46,555 nt of DNA from a bacterium. GTDB lineage: Bacteria; Patescibacteriota; Minisyncoccia; Phycocordibacterales; UBA2100. This document shows, one piece after another, positions 15,998 to 25,780 of this stretch (its first letter is position 1; each line of letters starts with the position of its first letter). The stretch covers positions 1 to 46,555 of the forward strand of contig JAYPJF010000003.1 in assembly GCA_038128225.1 (NCBI GenBank), read 5' to 3'. The notes under the pieces were generated by a model that saw nothing but the letters and a program-made list of their open reading frames with translations, was not told the DNA's origin and did no database searches. The position numbers and the translations under genes are program-made.

Positions 15998-17688
15998 AAA
16001 GTGAGTGTTTGGTCACTCAGGATTTCAATTAAGCGAGAATAAGGATAGGCTTGTTGTACGCGCGTATCGGAAAGATAACTCGTCATGTAGAAATTTTTTA
16101 AATCAAGCACGGCCGGGGCTGTCCATGTTGCGCGAACCGGAGTAACGCTCGAATTAAATGTGGCGAGCAACAATTGTGGGCGTGCATGTGAAGCGGTTAC
16201 GCGGTCAATCTGCGGCAGTTCTCCGTTTTTCGCAAAATCCAAAATAGTAGTGTTGACCCCGTGCAAGATCGTTTGATCATACGAGCCAGAATTTTCTTGA
16301 TACATATTGGCTACAGTGTACAGAACATAGAGATCGTCTTTTAAATACTCATACACCCACCGGTCTCCACCTTGAATTAATTGATTAATAAGGGTGATGT
16401 ATGCATCAAGTGCGTCACTCGCAACAACAGGGGACTCGACAATGTTTTTTTCAAGTGCGACTGCGTGCGTACGATCCACGCGGTTATTCTCGGGTATACG
16501 TGAGAAAAACTGATACTTTTTGATTAGGTGAGCAATGTCATAAAGTGTGTGCACGCGCGCATACGTGTCGAAACCGGCGGCGCACATGTATGAAGTTACT
16601 GGCCGCTCCCACAAAAACAGCTGGTCTTCGGGGAGAGACTGCGGCCATTCTAGCGATATGTTGGGAAAGGTGTTTAATGTGGCGTCGAAGAAATGAATGT
16701 CATTCAGTGGCACTAGTGTGTCGCGTTGCGTCGAGGGAATAGCTTCGCGTGTTACGGTGCGGGTGTAAAAAGTGTAAAAAGTGGGAGTGTCTTTTTGTAA
16801 ACACATGTCATGTTTAAGCGCGATCATCTCTCCTTTGTGTAATGCATCAGCTTTTTGGGGTATGGCGTGTATAAATGCGGATTGGAAAAAACGGACAGAT
16901 GCAGGTATGGGTTCTGTTTTTAGTAATTCCGTTCCTTGCACGATGTTTACCGGAAAATCGCAGTTTTGTGATGTTGAGGGGGTGCATGCGATCCTTGCAC
17001 TAAAATCAGCGCCCGAATTGTCTATTGTGTCCCGTATGTTTGAGAGAGTTCGCGTTAGAAAAGCAAAGTTCATGATTCCGTCAAATGTGTGAAATACATT
17101 GTCTGGTTCAGCCGTCTGCGCATCTGAATAGTGTGCGAGGAATTTCTTGCTCACTTTTTCCGCCGAAAAGATGGTTTTGCGCAGAGACCGGTCATATGCA
17201 GAGAGTAACTCATCGCGCGGGTGCATAACGAGTGCTCTGCGTGTATCCTCGAGATCGGCCATCGCTTCAAGAAATTCTGTATCAAACAATGGCGCAAACT
17301 CCTTTCTGATGGCTGGAGTGTAGCGGGAAGTTATGTATGCGCCATAGGCTTTGTAAACACTGCTTGCTTCGCGCAGTTTTCCGGTGTCGGTTCCACTTAG
17401 AGAAAACGAGGGGTGGGCACGTAAAAGGATTGATACATACGAAAGTTGCAACACCAAAAATTTTATACGCACAGAAGACACTTCAGTATGCGTTTCATTT
17501 TTGATGCGATACACAATGCCGTTATCTACCCGGTATTCGTTACCACGGACGTGCATATTCGGGACAACATACGAGCTGACCAATTTCTGTAACTCGAGAA
17601 CATGGGCGCGAGCTGTAACAAAATCATACCCGCCTGCGGCGACGAGAAGTATCGCGAATAGCAATACTACGCGCGTTTTGGTGGCCAT
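15994..17688 (-). CDS. Hypothetical 564-aa protein with N-terminal anchor
   Basis: Long ORF with N-terminal hydrophobic segment, overlapping the upstream ligase gene; no family recognised. Confidence 0.7.
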   Translation of the reverse strand: MATKTRVVLLFAILLVAAGGYDFVTARAHVLELQKLVSSYVVPNMHVRGNEYRVDNGIVYRIKNETHTEVSSVRIKFLVLQLSYVSILLRAHPSFSLSGTDTGKLREASSVYKAYGAYITSRYTPAIRKEFAPLFDTEFLEAMADLEDTRRALVMHPRDELLSAYDRSLRKTIFSAEKVSKKFLAHYSDAQTAEPDNVFHTFDGIMNFAFLTRTLSNIRDTIDNSGADFSARIACTPSTSQNCDFPVNIVQGTELLKTEPIPASVRFFQSAFIHAIPQKADALHKGEMIALKHDMCLQKDTPTFYTFYTRTVTREAIPSTQRDTLVPLNDIHFFDATLNTFPNISLEWPQSLPEDQLFLWERPVTSYMCAAGFDTYARVHTLYDIAHLIKKYQFFSRIPENNRVDRTHAVALEKNIVESPVVASDALDAYITLINQLIQGGDRWVYEYLKDDLYVLYTVANMYQENSGSYDQTILHGVNTTILDFAKNGELPQIDRVTASHARPQLLLATFNSSVTPVRATWTAPAVLDLKNFYMTSYLSDTRVQQAYPYSRLIEILSDQTLTF

Positions 17689-18836
17689 AGAATCTTACGC
17701 AAACGAACGGACTTGGTTTCGGGAAAACGCTCCGACTCAAGTGTCACGGTGAGAGGGTCAAAAGAACCAAAACGGATCAAGTCACCCAGTGTCTTTTGGG
17801 GTGCAACGCGCAAATCTCGCGTTACCAGGTTGCCAAAGAAAAACTCAGGATTTTTTATGTTCTGCATTTTTGGAGACGGCACGAGGCGCAAATGCGCTTT
17901 TCCATGTTTGCTTACGCCATCGTCATGTTCCGTAACTTCTAATCGATATGCAATAAAGTTTTCGAGAAACGGCTTCATGATCTGATCGAGTTCTGCCACA
18001 TGAAAAACAGCGCCCGCACAAAAGAATCGGTCGAAATTCAATCGACCAAATAAGTGTAGCGTTTTTGTTGCACCGCAGGCGCAAGGTTCTTCTACGATTT
18101 TTCCAGCGTCGCCTGTCAGGTAGTTGGGCAGGTCGGGCGTGGAAACGACAATCTCTCCTACGCCATCGGGGTCGGGATCTTTGATCCACATTTCATACGA
18201 TGGAATTGGGTGTACAACCGTAAAATCGGCTTCCGGATATCGTGCATATAAAGCGTCGCATCCAAGTCCGGAATTATTTGTTTCCGCGTGCCCGTATTCG
18301 TCAATGAGGCGCTGCAGATTAGGAAGATACTTGCGAATCTCTTTTTGCTCACGTACAGGGAGCGCCTCACCCGAAACTCCAAGAGTGTGTACGTCAGCGA
18401 GGCTTTCAAGAGCTCCTTGTGCGTCGAGTGTTGCGAGAAAACTGCGCAATAAAGATACAGGGCTCCCATAGAGTGACCGCGGATGAATTTCGCGCATCAA
18501 TTCTCCAATGTTTTGCAGGCGTATTTCCGCCGGCCCGAGCGATATGATTTCTCGCACCGGACTCATGTGGAAAAGGCGGTTTGTCTCGAGACACGCATTT
18601 GATGGCGCCATGCCGATTGATACGTACGGCGATTCCAAGAGCGGAAGGTGCGCGTACTCTACGGCGAGATCGTTAAGATTTGAAAGAAACACGCTTATAC
18701 CCGCCCCACTTGTTCCGCTCGTTGTTTTGATCGCCATTAACTTTGTGGTCGGATCACCAGGCTTGTAGTGTTCAACACCCAAGACATTATTGGTTGTTAA
18801 ATTAGCTTTTGAGGTGAATGTGGGGTTATTTTTCAT
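17667..18836 (-). CDS. Phenylacetate-CoA ligase (PaaK)-like adenylate-forming enzyme
   Basis: TTSGTSG, SGE, DEYGHAE, YLTGDAG, CACG...LFGR; start ATG 18836 overlaps the upstream stop. Confidence 0.8.
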   Translation of the reverse strand: MKNNPTFTSKANLTTNNVLGVEHYKPGDPTTKLMAIKTTSGTSGAGISVFLSNLNDLAVEYAHLPLLESPYVSIGMAPSNACLETNRLFHMSPVREIISLGPAEIRLQNIGELMREIHPRSLYGSPVSLLRSFLATLDAQGALESLADVHTLGVSGEALPVREQKEIRKYLPNLQRLIDEYGHAETNNSGLGCDALYARYPEADFTVVHPIPSYEMWIKDPDPDGVGEIVVSTPDLPNYLTGDAGKIVEEPCACGATKTLHLFGRLNFDRFFCAGAVFHVAELDQIMKPFLENFIAYRLEVTEHDDGVSKHGKAHLRLVPSPKMQNIKNPEFFFGNLVTRDLRVAPQKTLGDLIRFGSFDPLTVTLESERFPETKSVRLRKILWPPKRA

Positions 18837-19638
18837 ATGCGACGATATAAAAGGAGTCTTCGTTATGTTGACAAGAGCATCGCGCAGGAGCTTTTTCAGT
18901 GTGTATGCCAATACTGTATCGAATCAAGGGTGTTGGTGTGAGGAATAGTTTTGTCGCGTACGTCTCAGGCCCTGTTTCAAGCAAGGTGTCCTCAAGTACA
19001 TGAAAAAGTATTTTTTGTTTTGAAAGACTCTCAGGACATGCTTCGGCAATACTTCCATACTCGGGGATGTATAGTTGAATAGAAAGAGGTACGGGTGCCG
19101 CTGCGGAAAGAGTCTGCATGTCAAAACGCGCATCAAGTACTCTAATGTGTTTTAAGGACGGCAGTTGCGCGACAAAAGGTAGATATAATTCAGCGCCACG
19201 CATGTTAGTAATAAAAGAATCAACGGCGTACCGCTGAGCAGCCACTTTCGTTACTTCAGGGAGATCATGTGCCAAGAACGCAAGCGTGTTACGCTCATAA
19301 AAATACACCCCTTTCTCCATGCTTTCTTCTCGTTCAATCATTGCAACGAGCGGCCGGGTACTTTCCGCGAATCCAAAGGGCTCTTTGACAAGATCACGAT
19401 GAGTCCGCGCCATAAGAAACGCAGGAGTCCCGTATACGATTTTCATCCAGTGCGGTTCGTTTCGGTCGGTGTATATGCGATTCTTATAAGGATGCGCTGC
19501 AAGTATTGCTCGCGTGAGCGGTGGGAAATTTTTGTGCGATGGTGTGTTTCCTGAGACACGCTCTTGGTAGAAGTGGGCCGTTGGGTGGTTCAACACGAGC
19601 GAGCATATATCTTCTGCCCGCTGTTTTTTCTCATGCAT
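18826..19638 (-). CDS. Degenerate PaaK-like protein (no TSG loop)
   Basis: FY...FPPLTR N-terminus and PTPLIRYSIG...CSC C-terminus resemble the PaaK family; adenylation motifs absent; TGnTATAGT 6 nt before ATG. Confidence 0.55.
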   Translation of the reverse strand: MHEKKQRAEDICSLVLNHPTAHFYQERVSGNTPSHKNFPPLTRAILAAHPYKNRIYTDRNEPHWMKIVYGTPAFLMARTHRDLVKEPFGFAESTRPLVAMIEREESMEKGVYFYERNTLAFLAHDLPEVTKVAAQRYAVDSFITNMRGAELYLPFVAQLPSLKHIRVLDARFDMQTLSAAAPVPLSIQLYIPEYGSIAEACPESLSKQKILFHVLEDTLLETGPETYATKLFLTPTPLIRYSIGIHTEKAPARCSCQHNEDSFYIVAYEK

Positions 19639-19744
19639 GGAGGCACTATACCATTACGCGGTGGTTGATAATTTTACCTTTTTTGGTATATCCATGTACG
19701 GAGAAAGCGCTTGGTGCGTTTTCTACATTAGGAGGATCGTTAGC

Positions 19745-20806
19745 ATGATGAGGTTTTTGAGAGCTGTTGCTCTGCTGCTCGCAGTGAGTATCTGCGGGTA
19801 CGCCGAAGCAGCAGAGAAGATTCGCCTCGGCATGTGGGGTGGCTACTACCCTGATGCCGTGATCGAGATTGCGAAGGATAGGCTCGGGCTCCTGCCCGAT
19901 TTCGAATTCTTCCAGTCGACTGACTTCGCCGTGCAGAATGCGGCACTCGGCGCGCAGCTTGTCGACCTCACGACTTCGCAGGAGCGCTTGTTCACTTGCG
20001 ATCCTGCGTGGAATTGTCGGTATGCTGCCCACCTTACGGTCGGTGGCAATTACGTGCTCAACACTGCTCCGAGCATTGTTTTCCGCGACGTCGGCAAGGT
20101 CAAGAATGTTTTGTACGACTTTGTGCTTGGGGACTCACGCTGCACCAATGCAGTGAACGATCCGAGCCAAGTCGGTGGTCCTGCCGCGTATCTCAACTCA
20201 TACCTCGACGACAAGAATGAGGAACTTAAAGCCGCCGGAGAGACTCCAATCGAGCTTTTCTGTGGTACGCGAGAGGATTACGCGAATGAGGTCGGGTCCG
20301 GGAAGAAGGACAATCGACCTTATGTCATCTACGATGTGAAGATTGGTGGCGCATCCAAACGGATGGCGGCCCTTCTCAGGAATGACATTGATGCAGCCAT
20401 GCTGCATATTCCACTGTACTTTACTGCTGAAGACGCCGGCTTTTCTCGACGTCTTAACTGGCTCGATCTCCCGGTCAACCAGATCGGCGGCATGCCTGAA
20501 GCAGGGCTTATCGGGACAGCCGAGTTTCTTGCTACGGAGCGAGGGAAGCAAGCGATCAATGACCTCTGCAAAGCCTACAATCAAACCGTAGACTGGATTC
20601 GTGCGCATCCCGACGAGGGAAGAACTGAGTTGATGACTCGTGTTGGGGCGAAGGACCTCAAGGACATGAAAGCCGCAGCGGACGAGCTCTACGGCATTGT
20701 TACTTTGCTCGCCGCGTGCGATGCGCCCAGTGACGAGCAGGTTGCGTCACTGAAGCGCTACTATCGTGCTCTGGAGCTTCCTGTTGAGTCAAACTGGAAG
20801 CGGTAA
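19745..20806 (+). CDS. ABC transporter substrate-binding protein, SsuA/TauA/NMT1-like
   Basis: Signal AEA; KIRLG, RMAALLRNDIDAAML, AYNQTVDWIRAHPDE; SD AGGAGG 19730-19735. Confidence 0.75.
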   Translation: MMRFLRAVALLLAVSICGYAEAAEKIRLGMWGGYYPDAVIEIAKDRLGLLPDFEFFQSTDFAVQNAALGAQLVDLTTSQERLFTCDPAWNCRYAAHLTVGGNYVLNTAPSIVFRDVGKVKNVLYDFVLGDSRCTNAVNDPSQVGGPAAYLNSYLDDKNEELKAAGETPIELFCGTREDYANEVGSGKKDNRPYVIYDVKIGGASKRMAALLRNDIDAAMLHIPLYFTAEDAGFSRRLNWLDLPVNQIGGMPEAGLIGTAEFLATERGKQAINDLCKAYNQTVDWIRAHPDEGRTELMTRVGAKDLKDMKAAADELYGIVTLLAACDAPSDEQVASLKRYYRALELPVESNWKR

Positions 20807-20813
20807 GATGTTT

Positions 20814-20850
20814 GCGCCGGCAGCGATCGTTTCGCTGCCGGCGTTTGTTT
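20814..20850 (+). terminator. Intrinsic terminator-like hairpin after the binding-protein gene
   Basis: GCGCCGGCAGCGA-TCGTT-TCGCTGCCGGCGT followed by a T-rich run. Confidence 0.7.
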
Positions 20851-20897
20851 TTGCATGGTGAATTGATACACTCACGTAGGAAAAAAGGAGGTGCTGC

Positions 20898-21713
20898 ATG
20901 GATATGCGAAAGCCTCTCGAAAGTACGATAGGCAAAGATCTTCCAACGGCGCATGCGGCCGTGGTTTGGCTATGTGTGGTGGCTGGGCTTCTTGCATTGT
21001 GGGAGTGGGCGAGTCGGGAGTTACTTATCCACTCGCTCCTCAGTCGACCATCGCTTGTGCTGCGCGATTTCGTGCACCTGGTACTGTACGGAACCAATGT
21101 CCCTATCAAAGGGGCGTTGTGGGAACATTTCCTCGCAAGTACTCGGCGTGTGTATGTTGGTATCGCCGTAGGCGCATTGATCGGGTTTCCTCTCGCATGC
21201 TTTGCGATGACTATCCCTATACTGCGTAGTGGGCTACGTTTGATCCTACCGGCTGCGGCAACCACACCAAGAGCAGCCCTCGTGTATCTGTTCGTGGTGT
21301 TTTTCGGCATTTACGAGTTGCCGAAGTATGCGGTAGGTATCTGGACGGCGTTTCTCTTCCAGCTGATGTTTGTGTACCAACATACAGAGCGTTTGCTCAC
21401 TACGCAGCGAGAAATTCTAAATGCGGCAGAAGAATTCACCGGCTCACGCTGGTGTGTGATTCGGTATGTTCTCGGACCTCTGCTTTTACCTGCATTTTTT
21501 GACGCAGTCTTTTTGGCGAACGCGTCCCTGTGGGCCTTGCTCGTTGTTACAGAAGAAGTCAATGCACGGCAAGGTATGGGCGCGATTTTCGCTTACGCAT
21601 ACGAGACGGTGCAAATCTCAATGATGATTTCAAGCATGATTCTTCTCTCAATCTGCGGGATGATCACTGGATGGGCGATCGACCGAATTAAGCGGAAGGT
21701 GATATGGTGGTAA
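20898..21713 (+). CDS. ABC transporter permease, SsuC/TauC-like
   Basis: LWEWAS...LLSRPSLV, HFLASTRRV, EAA-like ILNAAEEFTGSRW, GMGA; SD AAGGAGGTG. Confidence 0.85.
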   Translation: MDMRKPLESTIGKDLPTAHAAVVWLCVVAGLLALWEWASRELLIHSLLSRPSLVLRDFVHLVLYGTNVPIKGALWEHFLASTRRVYVGIAVGALIGFPLACFAMTIPILRSGLRLILPAAATTPRAALVYLFVVFFGIYELPKYAVGIWTAFLFQLMFVYQHTERLLTTQREILNAAEEFTGSRWCVIRYVLGPLLLPAFFDAVFLANASLWALLVVTEEVNARQGMGAIFAYAYETVQISMMISSMILLSICGMITGWAIDRIKRKVIWW

Positions 21714-21715
21714 AC

Positions 21716-21741
21716 GAAAGGGCAGCTCCGGTTGCCCTTTC
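21716..21741 (+). terminator. Hairpin terminator
   Basis: GAAAGGGCAGC-TCCG-GTTGCCCTTTC directly after the stop. Confidence 0.7.
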
Positions 21742-21776
21742 TTCGTGCAAAAATTTTGCATGATACACTATTTCCA

Positions 21777-22643
21777 ATGGCGCTCAGTGATAACGAACGA
21801 ATGGTGCTTACCGAAAAGACGAACCAGATACGCCAGTCTATTATTGAAATGCTTGTTGAGGCAGGAAGCGGGCATACTGCGGGGCCTTTGGGTATGACCG
21901 ATGTGTTTACGCTTCTCTATTTTCATATACTCAGACATGACCCCGCGCGTCCGGATTGGCCGGACCGCGATCGCGTCATTCTTTCAAACGGTCATATCTG
22001 TCCGGTGCAATATGCGACGATGGCACACGCGGGCTATTTCCCTGTAGAAGAATTGAAAACGTTGCGCAAACTTCACTCACGCTTGCAAGGACACCCACAT
22101 CGAGAATATTTGCCGGGAATCGAGGTAAGTTCCGGGCCGCTTGGTTCCGGATTTGCACAGGCGATAGGTATGGCGATCGCAGAGCGCATTGACAACGGGC
22201 GTGGATCGCAGAAATATTTTTACGCATTCACCGGTGACGGTGAACTCGATTGCGGCATCATCTGGGAAGCGGCAATGCTTGCAGGACGAGAGCGACTCCA
22301 AAATCTCATCGCGATTGTGGACAGGAACGACATTCAAATTGATGGGTTTACACACGACATTATGCCGCTTGAACCGCTGAAGGCAAAATGGGAGGCGTTC
22401 AACTGGCATGTGCAGGAAGTAGATGGGCATAATTTTGATGCGCTGGAAGAAGCGCTCGGGCAAGCAAAGAGTGTGAATGACAAACCAAGTATCATCATTG
22501 CGCATACTATACCTGGGAAAGGCGTTCCCGAATTTGAGCGCGACTATCGCTGGCACGGAAAACCGCCAAATAAAGAGGAGGCAGAACGAGCACTCAAAGC
22601 ACTTCGTTCGTTGGGTGGAAAAGTCACGAGCGAGCACGAATAG
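21777..22643 (+). CDS. tkt: Transketolase, N-terminal subunit
   Basis: SGH, DRDRVILSNGH, LQGHP, GPLGSG, GDGE TPP motif, HTIPGKG. Confidence 0.95.
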   Translation: MALSDNERMVLTEKTNQIRQSIIEMLVEAGSGHTAGPLGMTDVFTLLYFHILRHDPARPDWPDRDRVILSNGHICPVQYATMAHAGYFPVEELKTLRKLHSRLQGHPHREYLPGIEVSSGPLGSGFAQAIGMAIAERIDNGRGSQKYFYAFTGDGELDCGIIWEAAMLAGRERLQNLIAIVDRNDIQIDGFTHDIMPLEPLKAKWEAFNWHVQEVDGHNFDALEEALGQAKSVNDKPSIIIAHTIPGKGVPEFERDYRWHGKPPNKEEAERALKALRSLGGKVTSEHE

Positions 22644-22645
22644 CT

Positions 22646-23008
22646 ATGCAAGAACTTCAAAAGGAAATTAAAAAGTTTCTTCAGGCGCGAAAGTGGTGGC
22701 CACCGACACCTGCAAATGCGGCAAAGTCTATTGTGCTTGAAGCAGCGGAGTTGCTCGAGCTTTTTCAGTGGTCGGCACCTTCTATCGCGGCGTTGAAAAA
22801 AGATACAGAAAAATTCACAGCAGTTCGAAAGGAACTTGCTGATATATTTATTTATGGACTCCAGATGGTTGAGTCACTTGGGCTAAATGCGGAAGACATC
22901 ATCCGAGAGAAGATGGAACATAATGGGAAAAAATATCCAGCAGAAGCTGTACGTAAAAATCAGGGTGCATATCTAAAACTAAAAGCCGAGTACCGTAAGG
23001 GTCAGTAA
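22646..23008 (+). CDS. MazG-like nucleotide pyrophosphohydrolase
   Basis: SIVLEAAELLELFQW, ELADIFIY, KMEHNGKKYP. Confidence 0.85.
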   Translation: MQELQKEIKKFLQARKWWPPTPANAAKSIVLEAAELLELFQWSAPSIAALKKDTEKFTAVRKELADIFIYGLQMVESLGLNAEDIIREKMEHNGKKYPAEAVRKNQGAYLKLKAEYRKGQ

Positions 23009-23012
23009 AAAT

Positions 23013-23999
23013 ATGTTGCAAAAAGACACCAATCAAGATCTCTTTCTCCCGACAGTTGAGCAAGTGCCGCTGCGGGCAGGGTTTGGCGAGGGACTGGTAG
23101 AGGCGGGGCGCGCCGACGAGCGCACTGTGGGCCTCTGCGCGGACCTTACCGAAAGCACAAAAATGGATGCTTTCAGAAAAGAATTTCCTCAGCGGTACGT
23201 GCAAATTGGTGTTGCGGAACAAAACCTCGCCGCGGTCGCCTCGGGTATGGCCGCGATGGGCAAGATTCCTTTTATTTCATCGTATGCAATGTTTAGTCCT
23301 GGTAGGAATTGGGAGCAGATTCGTACGACGATTTGCTACAATGATCGCCCAGTAAAAATTGTCGGCTCGCATGCAGGGGTTTCAGTTGGTCCGGATGGCG
23401 GCACTCACCAGGCTATTGAGGATATGGCAATCATGCGGGTTATCCCTCGAATGGTGGTGGTAGCACCATGCGATTCGATCGAAGCAAAGAAAGCGACGCT
23501 CGCGCTCGCTCGAACAACCAATCCAACTTATCTCCGTTTGGCACGAGAGAAGACGCCTATCATGACCACACCTGAGACTCCTTTCGAGATTGGAAAGGCG
23601 TACGAAATGTGGCGAGGGGAAAATCCAAAAGTTGCGATTATTGGATGTGGGCCGGTGCTCCATAACGCACTTACTGCAGCTCGGGTACTTGAACAAGCGG
23701 GGATTAGTTCGGTGGTAGTAAATTGTCATACTATAAAACCACTCGATGAGGCAGCGATAGTCTCTGTGGCAAAAGAAGCAGGGGCTGTGCTGACTGTCGA
23801 AGAGCACCAGGTGGCTGGGGGACTGGGCAGCGCGGTTGCGGAACTGCTCGCACGGACACACCCAACACCGATCGAGTTTGTCGGCGTACAAGACGCTTTT
23901 GGCCAATCGGGGAAGCCGGAGGAATTGATTGAATACTACGGAATCGGAGCGACTCATATCGCGGACATGGCGAAGAAAGCGGCGGCTCGGAAAAATTGA
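23013..23999 (+). CDS. tkt: Transketolase, C-terminal subunit
   Basis: ADLTEST, GVAEQN, GPDGGTHQ, TIKPLD, EEH..GGLGSAV, FGQSG. Confidence 0.95.
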   Translation: MLQKDTNQDLFLPTVEQVPLRAGFGEGLVEAGRADERTVGLCADLTESTKMDAFRKEFPQRYVQIGVAEQNLAAVASGMAAMGKIPFISSYAMFSPGRNWEQIRTTICYNDRPVKIVGSHAGVSVGPDGGTHQAIEDMAIMRVIPRMVVVAPCDSIEAKKATLALARTTNPTYLRLAREKTPIMTTPETPFEIGKAYEMWRGENPKVAIIGCGPVLHNALTAARVLEQAGISSVVVNCHTIKPLDEAAIVSVAKEAGAVLTVEEHQVAGGLGSAVAELLARTHPTPIEFVGVQDAFGQSGKPEELIEYYGIGATHIADMAKKAAARKN

Positions 24000-24061
24000 T
24001 TTATACATTTTTTGTGTTATAAACATTTTGGCCGGCATAGGTGTCGGAGAGAGGAGGAATC

Positions 24062-24691
24062 GTGTTAGCCAGAATCACGCAACTGGTCACGTGGCTGATA
24101 ATTCTCTGCGTGGTGATTGTGATTCTGTCTTCCGTCAACATGCTTCCGAAGTTTTCGGATTGGTGGAAGACGCCACAGCAAGCGACCAAAGAAGTTGTTT
24201 CTGCGGATGATCTCGAGTGCCTTTCGCTCGAGATTTGGCACTCAGGTTCTAAAGGTAAAGCGTCAAGGCAGGTCATGACCCTGATTGGCCTTACGGCGTG
24301 GAATCTTTCCCACAAGACTGGGAAGAACCTGTGCGTGATTTTCGAGAAAGGACTTGCCATGATCCCCAGCTCAATGTGGGGAGAAAGTCCGATCATCCAC
24401 AACCGATCGTGGATTAAAGGAGCTGAAATAACATGGCATGGGAAGTTTGGGTATGCGCAAGAGGTTGCGCAAGCCATCATTGATGGGACGTATATGAGCA
24501 CGCTTTCTGCTGACGACGCAAGAGTGGGCTCGTGTGCAGTGAAGTACGTGCGGGTTGAGGAGGGGTTCCTTCTCAAATGGTCTGTACCTGGCGGACTTCA
24601 AGCGTTGCGGGATGGGCTCAGAAAGGAGTTCGGAGAACCCGTGTATACCGTTGGGGGCTCAGAGCCGTTTGAATTCTTCTGCCCGAAATAA
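24062..24691 (+). CDS. Membrane-anchored protein, degenerate SleB/Hydrolase_2-like domain
   Basis: SD GAGGAGG before GTG 24062; TM; ECLSLEIWHS...WN...NLCVIF...AQEVAQAIIDG resembles the CLA..IY.EARGE pattern. Confidence 0.5.
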   Translation: MLARITQLVTWLIILCVVIVILSSVNMLPKFSDWWKTPQQATKEVVSADDLECLSLEIWHSGSKGKASRQVMTLIGLTAWNLSHKTGKNLCVIFEKGLAMIPSSMWGESPIIHNRSWIKGAEITWHGKFGYAQEVAQAIIDGTYMSTLSADDARVGSCAVKYVRVEEGFLLKWSVPGGLQALRDGLRKEFGEPVYTVGGSEPFEFFCPK

Positions 24692-24705
24692 GTGGAGTGG
24701 GTCTA

Positions 24706-24747
24706 GAAAAAGTGGCGTGGCGCCTTGTGTGCCACGCCACACTTTTT
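24706..24747. terminator. Bidirectional terminator between convergent genes
   Basis: A-run, GTGGCGTGGCGC-CTTGT-GTGCCACGCCAC, T-run. Confidence 0.75.
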
Positions 24748-25732
24748 ATGCAACCTGCTCTAAAGTATATTCAGCGGGTGCAGACGTAACTAAGGCCTCG
24801 AGTTTCTCTCGTGTAAGCAATCCTTTTTGTGCCCCAATCTGTTGCACTACATACGCGGAGTTGATCGGGCCACGAATGAGAGCCTCAGGTAGCGGCAAGC
24901 CAAGCGCGAGCATGCTCGTAATCGTTGATGCATACGCGTCCCCCGCTCCGGTTCTGTTCTTTGGAGGCAAAGGGTCAGGGTACATGGGCACTTTCCACGC
25001 ACCGTCACCTGAAAGTATCCACGCACCGTTTGGTCCATCGGTCACCGAAACGATTTTTGGTCCCATGTTTTGAATGCCACGCATCAATTCAAGTATGTCT
25101 TGAGAGTCTGATCCCAGGATTCGTTGCGCCTCTTCTTTATTGCAAAAAAACAGCTCCGCCACTTCATACATATCAGGAATTTTTCCCTCAACACTAAGTT
25201 TGATCTGAAATGTACCAGGTTGGAATGCAAGTTTTGTTCCACTCTGTTTTATGTACGCTGCAAGCTCGTGATGATACGGCTCTCCGTGTTCGCCCGTTGA
25301 AGTAAAGTATATCCACTCAGGCGCCTCATCAAATGAGGGCATGCGGTATGGCCATTGTTCATGATTGATGAGGATGGTGCGCTCAGGGCCAAAACGAAGC
25401 ACATAATGATGATGAGTAGCAAGGTTCTCATGGCGGCGCACCAACGAAACATCGAGACCATCTTTTTCCCATACAGCGAGACATTCGTCTCCGCCGCGGT
25501 CAATGCCAATGTCAGTGACAAGCGCCGATTGTAGACCAAGGCGCCTTGCTGCGATCGCTGCATTTCCGGCATTACCTACGCCAGGGACAAATTCAGCTCC
25601 TGCGTACGGGATTTTGTCGCCAAAGCGCATGCTTAAGTATTTTTGACCGCGCTCCTCGTACACGGTCGCGTCTTCAAGAGAAATAAAGGTGTCATTCGTA
25701 ACGTCTCCAACGGCCACGAATTGATACTTCAT
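24746..25732 (-). CDS. PfkB-family carbohydrate kinase
   Basis: GNAGNAA, NKEEA, VTDGPNGA, RTGAGDAY; start ATG 25732 lies 7 nt after TGnTACACT. Confidence 0.92.
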   Translation of the reverse strand: MKYQFVAVGDVTNDTFISLEDATVYEERGQKYLSMRFGDKIPYAGAEFVPGVGNAGNAAIAARRLGLQSALVTDIGIDRGGDECLAVWEKDGLDVSLVRRHENLATHHHYVLRFGPERTILINHEQWPYRMPSFDEAPEWIYFTSTGEHGEPYHHELAAYIKQSGTKLAFQPGTFQIKLSVEGKIPDMYEVAELFFCNKEEAQRILGSDSQDILELMRGIQNMGPKIVSVTDGPNGAWILSGDGAWKVPMYPDPLPPKNRTGAGDAYASTITSMLALGLPLPEALIRGPINSAYVVQQIGAQKGLLTREKLEALVTSAPAEYTLEQVA

Positions 25733-25780
25733 ACTAATGAGTGTAGCATGCTCCTGGTTGAACTTATGGAGGAAGAAAAG

